Below, piece by piece: positions 14,250 to 30,087 of a DNA stretch of 64,000 bases. The position numbers and the translations under genes are program-made. The stretch comes from Bugula neritina (lineage: Eukaryota; Animalia; Bryozoa), in NCBI GenBank assembly GCA_964035545.1, contig OZ037769.1, positions 8,227,929-8,291,928 on the forward strand, given 5' to 3'. Below the pieces are notes generated by a model, which saw only the letters and a list, made by a program, of their open reading frames with translations, searched no databases and had not been told where the DNA came from. Every line of letters begins with the position of its first letter. Positions within the stretch are counted from its first letter, which is position 1.

Positions 14250-14760
14250 TGTTTTCAGTGTTGAATGCCCATCCTGCATGAATGCTTTGCCTCCATTTGA
14301 GAGGTGGTAAATTGATTGGATTTTATGTAAAATTCCTTAAGCTCTTGTTTCAGGACATCCTCCAACCTTAGATATAAGTTCTTCTAGCTGGATGAGTTCC
14401 TTTTGATATTAATGCATGCAATCGAGTGCGGTGGATGAGATACTTTGGCATGTTGACCAGCCCAATGAAGACAGAAGAAATTCAGTTTTGAAGAAAGAGA
14501 ATCCGGGTCTGTGATTTCAAATACATCTTCATTTATCATTTTATCTTCCCAGATTTTACTCAACATGCATCTTAAACTCCAGGTATGAAAAGTGCTGAGC
14601 TTTGATTCTTGCAGTCCACATGTTGCCCATGTTTTTGATCCACAAGGAAGAATGCTGAGAACACCAACTGCGTAGACTTTTCTTTTGGCGTGAATATTAG
14701 GGTGTTTGTTTGTCCATATTTGCTAGTTCACAAAGTGGAATTATTTTGGTATTTGTCATA
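14250..14760 (-). mobile_element. RTE-clade LINE remnant (C-terminal part of ORF)
   Basis: Frameshifted translation VYAVGVLSILPCGSKTW...KLSTFHTWSLRCMLSKIWEDKMINEDV...LHWAGQH matches the RTE/BovB post-RT motif series. Confidence 0.8.
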
Positions 14761-15169
14761 TCCTGCAGAGCCCATTTAAATGTTTGAGCAGAAAAAGTAA
14801 AAATAAATATTTTGCAGTGTGTTTACTGTTTTGATGATGGTTTTAGGGAAACATCTAGATTTACCATTCATGTACTTGTGACAGGCCTGTGTTTCAGCGA
14901 TTATAGGAGAGTATAATTTTTCTTTAATAGAAATTGAGTCATGCAAGGGAAGCTGGTTTCCTTACTTTATTAAGCAAAATTTGCTATCACAACAGAAGTG
15001 TTGCTAGCCTTGATTTGGAAACATTTTATATTTATAACTCTGAAGCTTATTTTGAGACATTTGGCTGCATGTTGGATAGATTGCATAGCATCTTTACTTG
15101 CGCTAATACTTAGAAGCATTTACTTGGTTTTCCTATAGTTTTATTTTGAATGTTTTTATGATATATTGC

Positions 15170-17238
15170 AGGACTGTGGGTTCATTCTACTTGTAAGTAT
15201 ATTCCATAGGTTTAACTCAAACCCTGTGAATTTTCAAGTTAATATGGCAAGCTATGATGAAAGAAATGCTAAACTGGACAGGTAATAGAAAAGAAAGTCC
15301 GATAATTTTTTTAATTGTGATTTAAATTACTTAGCTTGCATTACTCAGCAGTATGGTAGCAGTGGTGGAACCACCAGCAGCAGCAGCAGGAGTAGATTAT
15401 AGTATAGTAGTATTGATAAAATGATTGATAGATTAGAACTGTAATTTTGAATATTAAAAATATAACAATGCCACTGTGCGCCATAAATTTCTTGTTGGCC
15501 ATTAAAATCAGCCATTAAATCAGTTTTCTTTTGGCTAGAACAAGCACTGCCGCCTGGATTTAGTAATATATTATATGTATGGACTGTATGTTGATTATAT
15601 GTAGAGGAATTATTTTTGCTAGCTTTAATAAAAAACCCTGCTCGTTTCTCATATTATTGTATTGTCAGTTTCAGCAATTTCAGGCCAGATAAATTTAAAT
15701 TATACCTTGCAAATTTTAGGCCTGTTCCAGTCTACCTGTCAACACATTTGTTTGATCTAATCTAATTATGATGGCCTTCCAAGCAATGTAGTTAGCAAAA
15801 GTGAGAGAACTAATATTGCTTTTTCAGCCTATATTATGTTTGAAACCAGTAAAATAATAGAAATCATGAAACTAGTAATAGGCAATCCTATAATGCTGTT
15901 TAATAAACTTATTTGCGCTGTTACTTTAGTGATTTCGACGCTGTTTTATAAATTATTAGCAATCTTTTAAAGATGAATAAATATACATTTTCTTTTAGTA
16001 TGTCACCAATTGGAATATTTTGACCTGTATACCTATCTAGTGGAGGTGTTAATTTGTAAACATATTGGTTTTACCAAGATCAGTGATTAAAGCAGTTGCT
16101 GAAAGCCAAAATAAAATGCTAACTAAAGTTCATATCTAGTGGGCTACAATTTGCCAACTTCTATAAAGCATATAATAGCTAGTAATTGTTTCTATGCTGT
16201 ACCACTTGACGGTCTGTTCTCTTTTACCTTACTCTATATTATGCTGTATAAATTCTAGCACACCTATCTGGTTTTTAATCATTTCTTGCTCTTGCACCAT
16301 ATGCCAATAATTTTTACGTAGATGCATACAATCGGACAGCTGGATGGCCTGGCTATTGTGGAGAAGCATCATAACCACCTGCTTGGTGTTGGAGCTGAGT
16401 GCATATCAAGGTGGGTAGCACAACTTCTTAGTTCATAAGTAGCAGCCTAGTTTTTTAAAAGGTTTGACTATATTAAAATATAAACATTTTGTTATTGCAC
16501 TAATACAATGATAAAATGAGCAAACAGTTTCCAATATAACTTGCTGCTGGTAAGATTTACAGTATTTGTAGTAGAAACAATATTAGTAGTGATGGTGGTG
16601 GTAGTGGTAAAAGTAGTAGTAGCAGTAGTAGTAGTAGTAGTAGCAGTAGTAGTAGCAGTAGCAGTAGTAGTAGTAGCAGTAGTAGTAGTAGTAGTGGTAG
16701 TAGTAGTAGTAGCAGTAGTAGTAATAGCAGCAGCAGTAGTAGAAGTAGTACTAGTAGTGGTAGTAGTAGTAGTAGTAGCAGTAGTATAGTAGTAGAAGTA
16801 ATAATAATAAAATAATAGAATTATTAGTAGTAGTGGTGAAGTTGCTTTTGGTTCTGACGTTAGTACTGTTAGCGGTAGAGATGGTGTTGGTAGAAATAGG
16901 ATTAGTGGTTGTGCACTCATAGTTGAAGGCATAAAGCATAAACCAGAATTGAATACATATATAACATAGATATGATATGACTTCTTATTTATATTGATTT
17001 ACTATCTTGCTGGAACATGGCTACCGCTGCATTTTCGCCATCAACATTAGTATTTGTATTATACACTTTCACTAAACAAGCTTGTTAAATTTATAAAAAA
17101 TTATGTAGGTGATGACTGTTGCATATCTGTGTTTAATTTTAAAAATATCATATTGCATAATTATTTTTTAGGTGTCTGGTGAGCGGACGACTTCATTTTC
17201 GGCTGCTTCATGGCACCTTTATTTTCGGAAAAGATGTA
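15170..17238 (+). pseudogene. Chain of small putative exons, product unknown
   Basis: AG...GT-bounded, GC-richer blocks near 15170-15191, 15239-15281, 15720-15787, 16322-16410 and 17172-17238. The reading frame is ambiguous and some frames contain stops. Confidence 0.25.
16583..16835. repeat. (TAG/CAG/TGG)n trinucleotide microsatellite
   Basis: Seen directly. It accounts for the poly-T, poly-V and poly-Y ORFs. Confidence 0.95.
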
Positions 17239-18509
17239 ACCACTTGTAAAATCAGTTTTTTTATGGTGAACTTAACAATATAATGTTCAACAAAATTCTT
17301 TCTTGGTTAAAAATAAAGGTATACCGTCTTTGGCTTTCTGTTATTTCTATATTGTGTTCTTCTGTTGCTATGTGTAATTGATGAGATGACTCCAAACTCT
17401 TGCACATCCGCCACAATAAAGTAGATAATTTTGCTATGGGCATCAAGATTTTGTTATAAGTAGATATAGTTTTGCAATGATAGTGTTGATGCTGCAGCAG
17501 GTAACATTCTAGTAGGATAAACCAAACAGAATTTAAGCTAAAACATTCTAAAAAAATACAGCATCGCTTGAGCCACCTTGCCTTCTCTCTTTTCTAGGCA
17601 AAAGTTGTTAGCTAAATAAGGAAAAGACAAATTAATGATTTCTGTGAGAGTTGTCTACTACAAAAATTACGTAGCAGATCATCATTAGTAACCATAACAA
17701 CACGTACATGTTTACAGCACTCATGTGCTCTCTTTGTTCTGATTCGTCAACAGTAGCGCCCTAGACAGTCGATGTTATCGCACGAAAATATATTGTTTAT
17801 TGCGGCTAATATCGCGAAATGGCAAAATGAGGATCGACCCTGACAGTCGTAAAAGCCGTGTGATGCACTGATAGCTATAGCCAAGAAAGAGCTTGGACAG
17901 AGGGCATACAACTATTCCGGTGGTTACATGCAAAGGACCAAGTTATATAAAGTGGTTATAAAGATAGATGTGCACCCAACAACTTCCAAGGTACAAATAG
18001 GTAAAAAACTGGACCTATGTGCCAATGCCTTATGTGAGATATGTATTAATATAATAATTACTTACATATAAAGTAATCAAGTAGTCCTACATACCTCAAT
18101 ATATTATCCTTGTGCTCAAGGTCTACACATGACCAAAAATACTAACTCTTACAATTGCCATTTTCTACTATATCCACACACACTGCTGCTGATAGTTGAT
18201 TCATCAGAAGACAATTGCATGGTAAACAAGTGAATGTGACTGCATTATCTTTTCTCACATTAATTACCTGCAAAATTATTTATTTTACTTTAAATAAACT
18301 AATGTTTTAGTAGCTGTTTAAATATGAAACTAATATAATTGTCAACAAGTTTCATTGCAACAATACAAAAATATCAATATAATTACACCATTGTTGAAGA
18401 ATAACGTAATTAACTGATTAACCTGTATGCTATTTTATAAACTATTGTTGACTCCAGCTTCACTTCAGCGATAGTTTTATGTAGCAGCTGTAGTAGATGC
18501 TCTCTTAAC

Positions 18510-19460
<951 letters not shown>

Positions 19461-19789
19461 GTCGTTTATTGTTAATTTTGAATCAAATTGGAATTTATTT
19501 TGATAGTTCTTGAAAATAATGTAAGATGTTTTTTCATAATTCATTGTCAGCTTATTAATTTGTACAATATTGCTATATATATATGGGTATATTTATCCAA
19601 ATGATATAACCATTATTATCATACTTAACCTAGAAGATTTAGGTGAGCATATGTTGCATTACTCCAGATTTTTCATAAAGTTATAATTGTTATAACTATA
19701 TATATCATTACTAGAAATAACAGTGGTAATGATACACAATAAAGTAAATGTTGAAAATAGTAATAATATATATTGTATAAGGTGCATAG

Positions 19790-21108
<1,319 letters not shown>

Positions 21109-22116
21109 TTATAAATGCTTCTATTGACAACTTGGTTTTGAAGGAAACAGGATTTTATAATATTTTATAAATACAAAATTCGTGTAGAGTTAAAAAAAAA
21201 ATCAAATTTGGTGTGTGTCATTAAATAAATTTGTTTATAGATAGCTAGCTAATAGTGGATACTATTTCGTGCAGTTTATGCTTTTACATGAATCATCCAG
21301 TCAATATGTTGTATATCCATTTCTCTAATCTTTTGAATTTGGGTAGAGATACAATTTTGGAAATTAATTAATTTCACATCATCACAACATTTTGATTTAG
21401 AAACAGTTAGTTTTCAATGGCCCATTAAAAAACAAAATGTACTTTTTGAGTAATAATGGTGAAATTGCTTATAGACTAATAGATTAACAGCAGCTGGTCA
21501 ATAGAAAAGAGATTATTTCAAATCAGTGGTTCCCAACCTGTTTCGTACTATTCCCCCCTTTCATAAATGTTGACTATTAAATTGAGCAGCTTTTAGACCC
21601 AATTTTTTTTAAAACAACAAATTCCAAAATTCCATATTTTTGACTTGTTCCTTTTCAGATGTTCACTGTTGAAATACTCATCAACGATTGGTCAATTTTT
21701 CAGGTGTGACTGTTTTAAAAATGTATAAGTGTCATGTGATCGTATTACAATCAGCACCACCACAACCACTACTATATAACGACTATTACCACCACTACCA
21801 CCACCATTATCACCATTACCAGTACCACCTATAGCAACTGTCCCTAGACATGGAGCAAACAATCCATTTGCATGATGCCTAAGGAAGTGGTGAGAGTGTT
21901 ATCAGAACTACATTGAAGAATACAAGTGGCCATATTTGTTCTGTTTCCAACATTTTTTGCTCTTTAAATAATGCTTGTTATATATTACATTGTCAAAACA
22001 ATTCCTTTAATTTACACAGCAGTAACTGCTTTTCTTAAGTTTAATAAAAAGTTCATATTTACGGGTATTATAACCCTTATTACATTTTTATTATGATCAT
22101 AATTGAAAAATAATGT

Positions 22117-22358
22117 TGCCCTCACTAGGAATCAAACTAAAGTCCTCTGGCTTCCAAGCAAGTGTGCTATCATTACACCAAGGGGCTCACTGGATAAACT
22201 CAACACTACAATAATTTGCAGATAAATTTTATTTGTTATGCATCATTATTTTATTGTTAAAAAAACAAAATGCGTGTGGAATTGTTTGCCTACTTTGGGA
22301 ATTGAGCTGCAGCCGTGCCACTTGCAAGCAACTGTTATTATAAATTACACTTGGAAGC
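22117..22358 (-). other. Two tandem degenerate tRNA-like units (22117-22186 and 22287-22358)
   Basis: GCCCCTTGGTGTAATGATAGCAC...CTTGGAA...GTTTGATTCC...GAGGGCA and GCTTCCAAGTGTAATT...CTTGCAA...GCTCAATTCC...GGCA, each with a T run downstream. Repeated at 52959-53200. Confidence 0.5.
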
Positions 22359-22969
22359 TATACTGTGAATTACAATAGTAAAGGATGTCATACATTATAT
22401 ATGAAATATACTGTATTTATTAGCTTTCATAAAACTGCATTATAAAATTATATTTTACAACAAGTTAGTTCTAGTGAAAAGTATTGCTTTTAAAACACAA
22501 ACACACCTAATTATTTGTTACCCACACCTGATTATAGTTCAAATACACACTAGAATACTTGAAGTTAACACTTGAGTTATAATTGCAGCACACAATATAA
22601 TATAATACGCTCTCTTGGCTACTACATATCCTACTATATAATTTGTAATACAATCAACAATTGCTTTAAACAGCTGTGGAACATTGTTGAAAAGTTGCTA
22701 TACTAACTACATATGCATATAATAAACTGGCCATAAAATTCCCCTCTATACAGTTATTACCAAAACGCCTACCCAAAAATCTTGAGACAATTTAAAAAGC
22801 TGGGGTAAGTTACTACAAGTCTGCAAATAAAACTGAATGCATACTTTAGAATATATCTGAGTCCTAAAAAGGGTGTAGCATGAGGTCTAAACAAAATTTG
22901 AATCTAATAAATGTGGATGCTAAACAGACACGTAAGATTTTGGATTTCGAAATAATTTCTTTACCATGG

Positions 22970-25900
22970 TCACTCGAAATACGCTTCTTCTAACAGAAAT
23001 GACGCAACAAAATTGTGCAAAGAGAAAATAAAATCCTGCGCTTTATCAACATCCTTTTCAACTTCAAAAAACACAGACATATATGTATTTCACACAGTTG
23101 CCATTATCTCTGCGCTCTATTACTCTATGGCAAAAAAATGTGTCTCCATTATTTTGTTTCCAAATAAACTCTTTACCAAGGAGGCTGTTTGGTGAGTTTA
23201 CAATACCGGAAGCAGTTCCAATGAGATCTGAAGATATTTGTGAATCGTGAGCAAGGATACCAGCTGAGAAATGGTCAGGATCTTGAATCAGCTGTTTAAT
23301 TGCAGAACATAGAGCTCGCTGCTTTTGCTGCCTTTGCTTCTGCAATTTCTCTAGCAATCTGTTACATATTTCCTGTTGAACATCCCTGCTATTTATTCTA
23401 GACTTTTCTAAAACGCTATTAGATTTACCAATTATGCCGTAAAGATTTGAATCGGTAATTTTCTCAACCCAATCAGATGTTTTGTTAGTAGCATAACCTA
23501 TTTTAGCAGCATTATATGCATCAGTGGCAACATTACTTTTTCGAAATAGAAAATTGGCATATCCCAACACACTTTCTGATACCATGTTATCTACAGGAGC
23601 ATTGGTAGCGAGTACAACGCGTTCAGGAGGCAAGTGATATAACTCTCCTCCTTGTAGATATTGAACTAATTGTCACTCCATCACAGCTTGAAATGCCTTG
23701 GCTGTCCGTGTTACAAGCTCTAACTCGAAACCAGTTGGCTGGACTGCTTGCAGATGTTTTGTGACAGGATCATCTTTACAGTCTTCAACATCAAAGCAGC
23801 TAAAACCTTCTTGCCATAACAAACTGGGCTTTTCAACCACTTGTGAAAGAGTCTTGTGGGCATTGTCTAGTATTTTCGCACTATCCAAGTTTGACAGTGA
23901 GGTCCTTTTGTACAAACGTTTCATCCATGGTCCAGATACACTTTTGCCAAACAAGCCGCCTACATGCAATTCACTTTGCACTACACCGAGTTGAAGAGAA
24001 GAAAGCACTATTTTTGCAGCTGGTTTTTCACAGACATTGGTAAAGTATTCCAGTAGCACTTCTAGTAAATAGTAGATGTTGCCACACAAGGAAAATATTA
24101 CGTGAAACCTGTTGCCCACATATCGCTCAAGTAAATTGATATCGACTCCTTTACTAAGTAAAAATGCTTTCAGTTGTTTTGGCTCACCAGAAGAAACTTT
24201 GTATTTTATTTTTGAGATAGCTTGGATAACTTTGATTAGTATTGATCCATTTCCTGGCAAATTAGAAGTCACTTTGTTTTCTAATTCAAAAACCTTTGTT
24301 AGTTTTCTGAACGCTATCGCTAAACTGTCTAGAGGATGAATATTGCAATTCAATTCAAGTAACTCGTGACCTACATATTTGTCTAAATCTTTTACTACGC
24401 AGTGATTCACTGCTGCTCGATCACTCATAGTTGAAGTAATTTTCATTTTGACCTCACTCAATATTTGATATTGATCAATTAATGGGTTAAGTGCGCAATA
24501 ACAGCTGACCGCATTTTCCAGAGCACAGATTATGTGAGTCACATAGTCTGTAGCCTTAGCTCCAGGCAAGGACACAACATCAAGAACATAGTGACCTATA
24601 TCTGTGTTTACGTGAACTTCATTTATATGCTTTGTTTTCACAGTGGTGGCATCCCAAGCTATGTTCACAAATGACGATTTAAGAATGGCTTCAACAGCTT
24701 GGGCTGTTGATAATGTTCTCATCTCAGATATCATTGATTTTACTGCATATGTGCTTGGTAAGCAGTCAAGCTCTACTCTAAATATCATTCATGATATATA
24801 TCTTATTACATCTGAGATGTTGTTTGACGGTACATGCTTACGAGCACAGTAGTACACAGCCCTACGAATGTCCGCCTGATATTTACGACCATCTTTTGTT
24901 TGAATCTTCTGTTTCTCCTGGCTCTTCAGAAACTCGATTGTCTTTTGCTCTTCATCTTGAACAGCTAGCGTACTTTTGTTCACCTGCTCCAAAAGTTCAT
25001 CGTTCATTGTTTTGAGTTGAGATAGCTGATATTTACATCCTATTTTTGTTGCTTCTAAGAATTTAACAGACTTGCTTGAAATTTTATTTAAATAAGGGTC
25101 AGTTTACTTCATTTAGTACACACCAGCAAATTATGACCTAACATTAAAGTTTGCTCCAAATCCATTGAAATTTACTATACTTGGTATTTTTATGTGCTGG
25201 TTTTAATTACGCATAACAGCAAAGGCTGGGAGGGGATTCCCCAACATTAAAGCACAGGTCATTGTCATATGCACTTAATATTCTATATGCACGGACCGTT
25301 ACGAAAAAACCGTAACGGTCCGTAACCAAAACTAGCTGAATAATTAGGGAAAAACGTGGGAAATGAAACAAAATTAAAAAGAACTTTGATTATTTAGGTG
25401 TATTTATTGGTGCTTAACTAGTTTTGGCCAAAAAACCATGTTTATTACCAGCTAAATTGTGAAAAATAGCTAAAAACTGAAGATTTCGAGTGTGTACTAA
25501 ATTAAGTAAAATGACCCATAACCTTTCAGCCTTGAGTTCTTCCTTTTAAAAATGATGATCTGTGTTTTCAGCGCTTGTACGGCAGTTTTTCCTCGATTAT
25601 CTCTCTTTTTGTATTTATTAACTCTTCTACCCACCTCAACTAATTTAAACTTTAAATTTTCTTTTAACTTTTGTAGTCTGAGATTATCCATAGCAGCCTT
25701 TTTAACTTCTAAAGCACTGCTTTTGTACAGTACACTCATGTACGACAACCTTTTCATTTTTAATGGGTTCAGCATAAACTCCGGATTTTCTTTTTCAGTT
25801 TTTGACTCTGGTAAATCAATATTAAAAAAATCTTGATCTAAATAAATCAAAAGAGACTTTTGTCCTTGCCTACCCTTGTTGAGTCTTCTATGCACCTTCA

Positions 25901-26126
25901 TAATCTCGCGAATATGAGAAGTGTTAAGATGTTTACTAAATTTGTCTGGCAGCACGTCTAAAGCTTTCAACAGCTTTGCTTCAATGGAACCCTTGAGTCG
26001 CTTATAAATTGATAATATATGCCCATTTTTAAGGCATGTAGCTTGCTCCAACTCATTCTGTGAAACATCATAGCTTTTCAACTTTTCTTCCAGTTTAATT
26101 GGGACATCTTTTAGTGGTTGCATCAC
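22970..26126 (-). pseudogene. Disrupted copy of the 908-aa hAT-like transposase
   Basis: Compared with 53813-56539: a MITE insertion at 25096-25517, two CGA>TGA stops (24789 and 23673) and a 4-bp ATAT insertion near 23080. Confidence 0.95.
25096..25517. mobile_element. 422-bp non-autonomous DNA transposon (MITE), Sola2-like termini
   Basis: ~28-bp TIRs GGGTCAGTTTACTTCATTTAGTACACAC / GTGTGTACTAAATTAAGTAAAATGACCC. The 4-bp TSD ATAA is confirmed by the empty site at about 55931. The superfamily is inferred only from the GGG ends and TSD length. Confidence 0.9.
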
Positions 26127-29100
26127 CTATCATAAAAATAAACATATTCTTGTTTGGGAAACGTAGTTTATAATTTTTTCAATCAAATAAAAAAGTGAAG
26201 CAGCAGTGTTAGGAAGTTTTCAACATTTATTCATAATTTTTGCAATAGACCTTATGTACATAGTGGCTATAATAAGTAGGCCTATGGCATATTTACTCAA
26301 TACATTGCTATTCTTGGAATGAAGTCAACACCATCTCCTTATAGCAAAATGAAGACTTTGATATATTGTCAAAACATTCTAAAGTTTGAAGGCCAGACTT
26401 TAAAACATTTAGCAAAACTGAACATTTATTGAATAAGGCTGTTTAAATCGTTTGACTTCAATAGTGCAAGAACTCACATCGACGAAAAAATTGTCAGTAT
26501 GTTTATTATGTTCAATTATTAAAAAAACTTTTTCTGTATAATAAGAAAGGAAAAATTATCTTTAAAGCTCTTTTTAAGTACTGTACTATACATAACTGAC
26601 AGTACAAAATATTAATTTCTGAAACCAGGATTTGCAAGCAACATTGCATGTTAGTAGTACAATATGAATACAACAGAACAAAAACAAAGCTTGATGAAGT
26701 ACATCATTAGTGTTTAGAAACTTTAATTACCTTTTTAAAGTAAACCTAACTAACTTCTAGAAGTAGAATTGTAAGAAATGAAGGTGCAGCCCAGCCGAAC
26801 TATCCACAAGTAAAGGGAACGCATTAAAGGCAAGTCAAACTCAGTCAACCCTTGGCTCAGGTTTGAAAAATCATTCACGCATAACCACTCCTTGCAAGTC
26901 TATAGTACATCATATGCCTGACAACTTCAAATAATGCCTTATAAAGTAAAGCTTTAACACAAGGGTTTTTTGAGTTTGATTTATTTATTTATTGAATAGG
27001 TTATTTGTTTATTCATTTCTTTGTGTATTTATTGATCGATTGATTGATTTTTAATTATTAATTTATTTAATTATTTATTTATTTATTACATATTATCGGC
27101 GTGAAAACACGTTGTGAAATTCGGTGTAAATAATATATATAGTTTATAAGTAGGCATGAACAAAATTAAGAGGAACATCAGAGCTATGTTGAATTATTAA
27201 AATAAAAAATCATGCATTTTCTATGCTTATATTTTTTATTAATACAGAAATTTACAATCTGAAACTGCAGTTTTTAAAATATTGTGCACATGGTGCATAT
27301 AAATAAAATGCTATTTATTTGAATATAATGAAAAAAAGCAATTAAATTTTATGTACAATATCTTAGTTATTAAAGTTATAATACACAAAAGTTGCATTGC
27401 ATTAAAGTTTCAAAGCTAAATTTGGCAGGTTTGTACAATTTATGGTAAAGTCTTAAAACATAATGTTTGCACATGATGGTGTTAAATCATTAATCAGTGT
27501 TGTAAATAATAGACTATAAGATTTCTTAGCAGCATGGGCCCAGGTAGGTATAACCATTTGTTTTGATATTTGTATTTCATTCATTCAAATCTGTTTTGTT
27601 GTTTTGTTTTTATAAGTAACTAATTACACAAGATGTCAGACCATAACATGATGCTTCTACTGATATTGATTATATTCATAGAACACTGAGTAGGTTATGT
27701 AATATACTTACATCTCCTTTTGTTATTTTCAAGCACATTATTTCCAGATGAAAACTATATTTATCATAATAATTTCAGTATGTGTATCCATTATACCTAT
27801 AAGCAACACATCACCAACCTGCAAACACCTGCAAATACTTGTCAACTACAGAGGTCAAGAATACACTTAGGTGTCAACATAAATAGAGCTGTGTAATTGC
27901 TTTATTCTTGTATCCCACTTCCAACACCATATCCTAATGGATTATCCATTGATTGCTTATATGCCAGAATTTATATTTTAACAGGTCTATATGATTACCC
28001 CCTTCTTTCAACAACTCCCCCCCTTTTACTGTGACTAGTTGAAGCTGGACACCCAAACACACATAGCAGACAACTCACTCTAGGTTCACACATTTCTTGC
28101 CACGTCTCTTCCTCAGAGAGCTCAATATGTAGGAACACAAGTAATCTCTTATCATTAATGAGCAATGTCTACATTATGATCAGAATAAATATAAAATGGT
28201 GATAGTTTATTGTACAAGAAAAATACGTGTAGATTATCATGTTATTATAGTATTAATATGCATGACTAGAGTTGTATTAACACAGGCTAGACAACTGCGT
28301 TCTGAAAAAAATGCACAGATATTTGGTAAAAGATAAAAAATGTAGTCAGGTGATATAAATATACAGTAAGATAATTGGAAATGTGCCAACTAAATGTAAC
28401 ATGATGCCTGTATACACAGCGCATACCGTACGGTAGCTTTCTTATAAAAAATTACCAGCAAAGCTAAAAATATATAGTAAAGAATCATCAAAATCATTAT
28501 ACCAGATGTAAAAATAAACCGACTGCCATTTCAGTAAATTATATATTATACTTATATTACATTTCTGCAGTTCACAATTTATTAAAGAGGAGACAACTTA
28601 AGTAAACAGAGAATACAGTAAATTAATGCATCTTAACTAACCATACAAGCATATTTGAAACATGCCGCACTTCTAGTAGTAGCGTCAAAGAGTAAATATA
28701 TTGCTGAGAACCACAAAATTGATAACAACAAATTCTTAGAGTAGCTATACAGAGAGTATATAGTTTTTATCACTCAAAGTCACTATTGCTTTGCAGCCCA
28801 TCTTAACAGTGGATTTACTTTGCTACGCTTCAACACTTTTATATATTTTTAAGAACTTTATATTTATTATATAGGCTTGTGTTGAATTTCATTTTCTTTC
28901 AACTTTGTTCGATCAATCACCTTAAATGTACTGTATTTGTATATTATATTAGCTACGTTTATTTATGCAAGATGCTAGCTTGCTGGAATGTACTTGTATT
29001 AATATTATAAGGTACATGCTTTGTAGATGTAGAATATAGAAATGTTTACAAAATTGAACTCAGTTAATGTAGTTCAATAGGTCATCAGTAAATTTCAATA

Positions 29101-30087
29101 GGTCGTCAGTATTATCAGAAAAAAGCCAGTTCAATTAACAGAAAATAAGCAGAGGCAAAAATAGCTGAATCTCTACAAACTTGATAATAAAATAAGTTAA
29201 ATAGACTGAGAGGTAGCAGCGCGACTCACAGTAGGTGCTGCCAGTCGTAATAAGTCAATTGCGGTGTAAGATGTTAGGGAACTCAGACTAGGAAGTATAT
29301 AGTACATGCTATGTATATATTTTACTGCTTTTAGTAAAATAATGAACTAAGTTTTGTTATGTTTCAATTTGCTTTTATATATTTGTGAACATTTTTCGCT
29401 GGTCATTATATAAATATAGGCTTGTGTTCAATTTTAATTGTTTTCAACTTCAATCTATTCTCCATCATTAACTGCATTTACATTGTGTCAGCTAAGTTTT
29501 ATTTATTTTGATTATAATTTAATTGTTGCCTTATACTTGTGATTATTGCATATAACCAAATATTGTTATCTACTACTACTATACTACTACTATATATATA
29601 TACTCTGTATTAAGATGTCTTTTTAAACAATGAAACTTCAACAATGAGCTGAAGATAGAAATGATGTAATGACTTAATGTAGGGAATTCCAAAGTACAAA
29701 TTAGCTACACGAAATTAAAAATGGCTATACTTAGATTACTCCTGCTAAATATATTATTTATAATGTCTTTGGAACTTTGTGAAAAAAGTTCTGTAGTGTT
29801 CAGTGATAAGCACATCTTACTAGTTGTGTGCAGTTTTATTCTTCAGTGCAGGTAAGATTTCATACAGTTACTATATGAGCTTCTTTATATAAACTTCATA
29901 TTGTATTATTTTGCCATTGCCTAAATATGTTATTTATACACAAATAGGAAACCTAACAGAATAAAAGATATAAATCGATATATACATATATACAACTGCA
30001 TTCATTCAAGGGAAGGGATAATAATATAATTTATTTAAATATTGTATCACATTTTGATAAAACGTTATGATGTGTTTTCTATTTAGA

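Noticed and set aside
16322-16410. NRF1-like GWPGY..PPAW motif in one frame
   Set aside because: That frame has two stops while the other two frames are open, so no domain can be assigned.
16492-16939. Thr-rich mucin-like and poly-Val ORFs
   Set aside because: These are translations of a (TAG)n microsatellite with no supporting splice or signal context.
842-17842. GGGTCAATC / GATCGACCC as termini of a 17-kb element
   Set aside because: Only 8 of 9 bp match and there is no target-site duplication.
23698-25836. Plus-strand ORFs conserved in both duplicates
   Set aside because: Antisense shadows of the transposase frame. Their conservation reflects the recent duplication.
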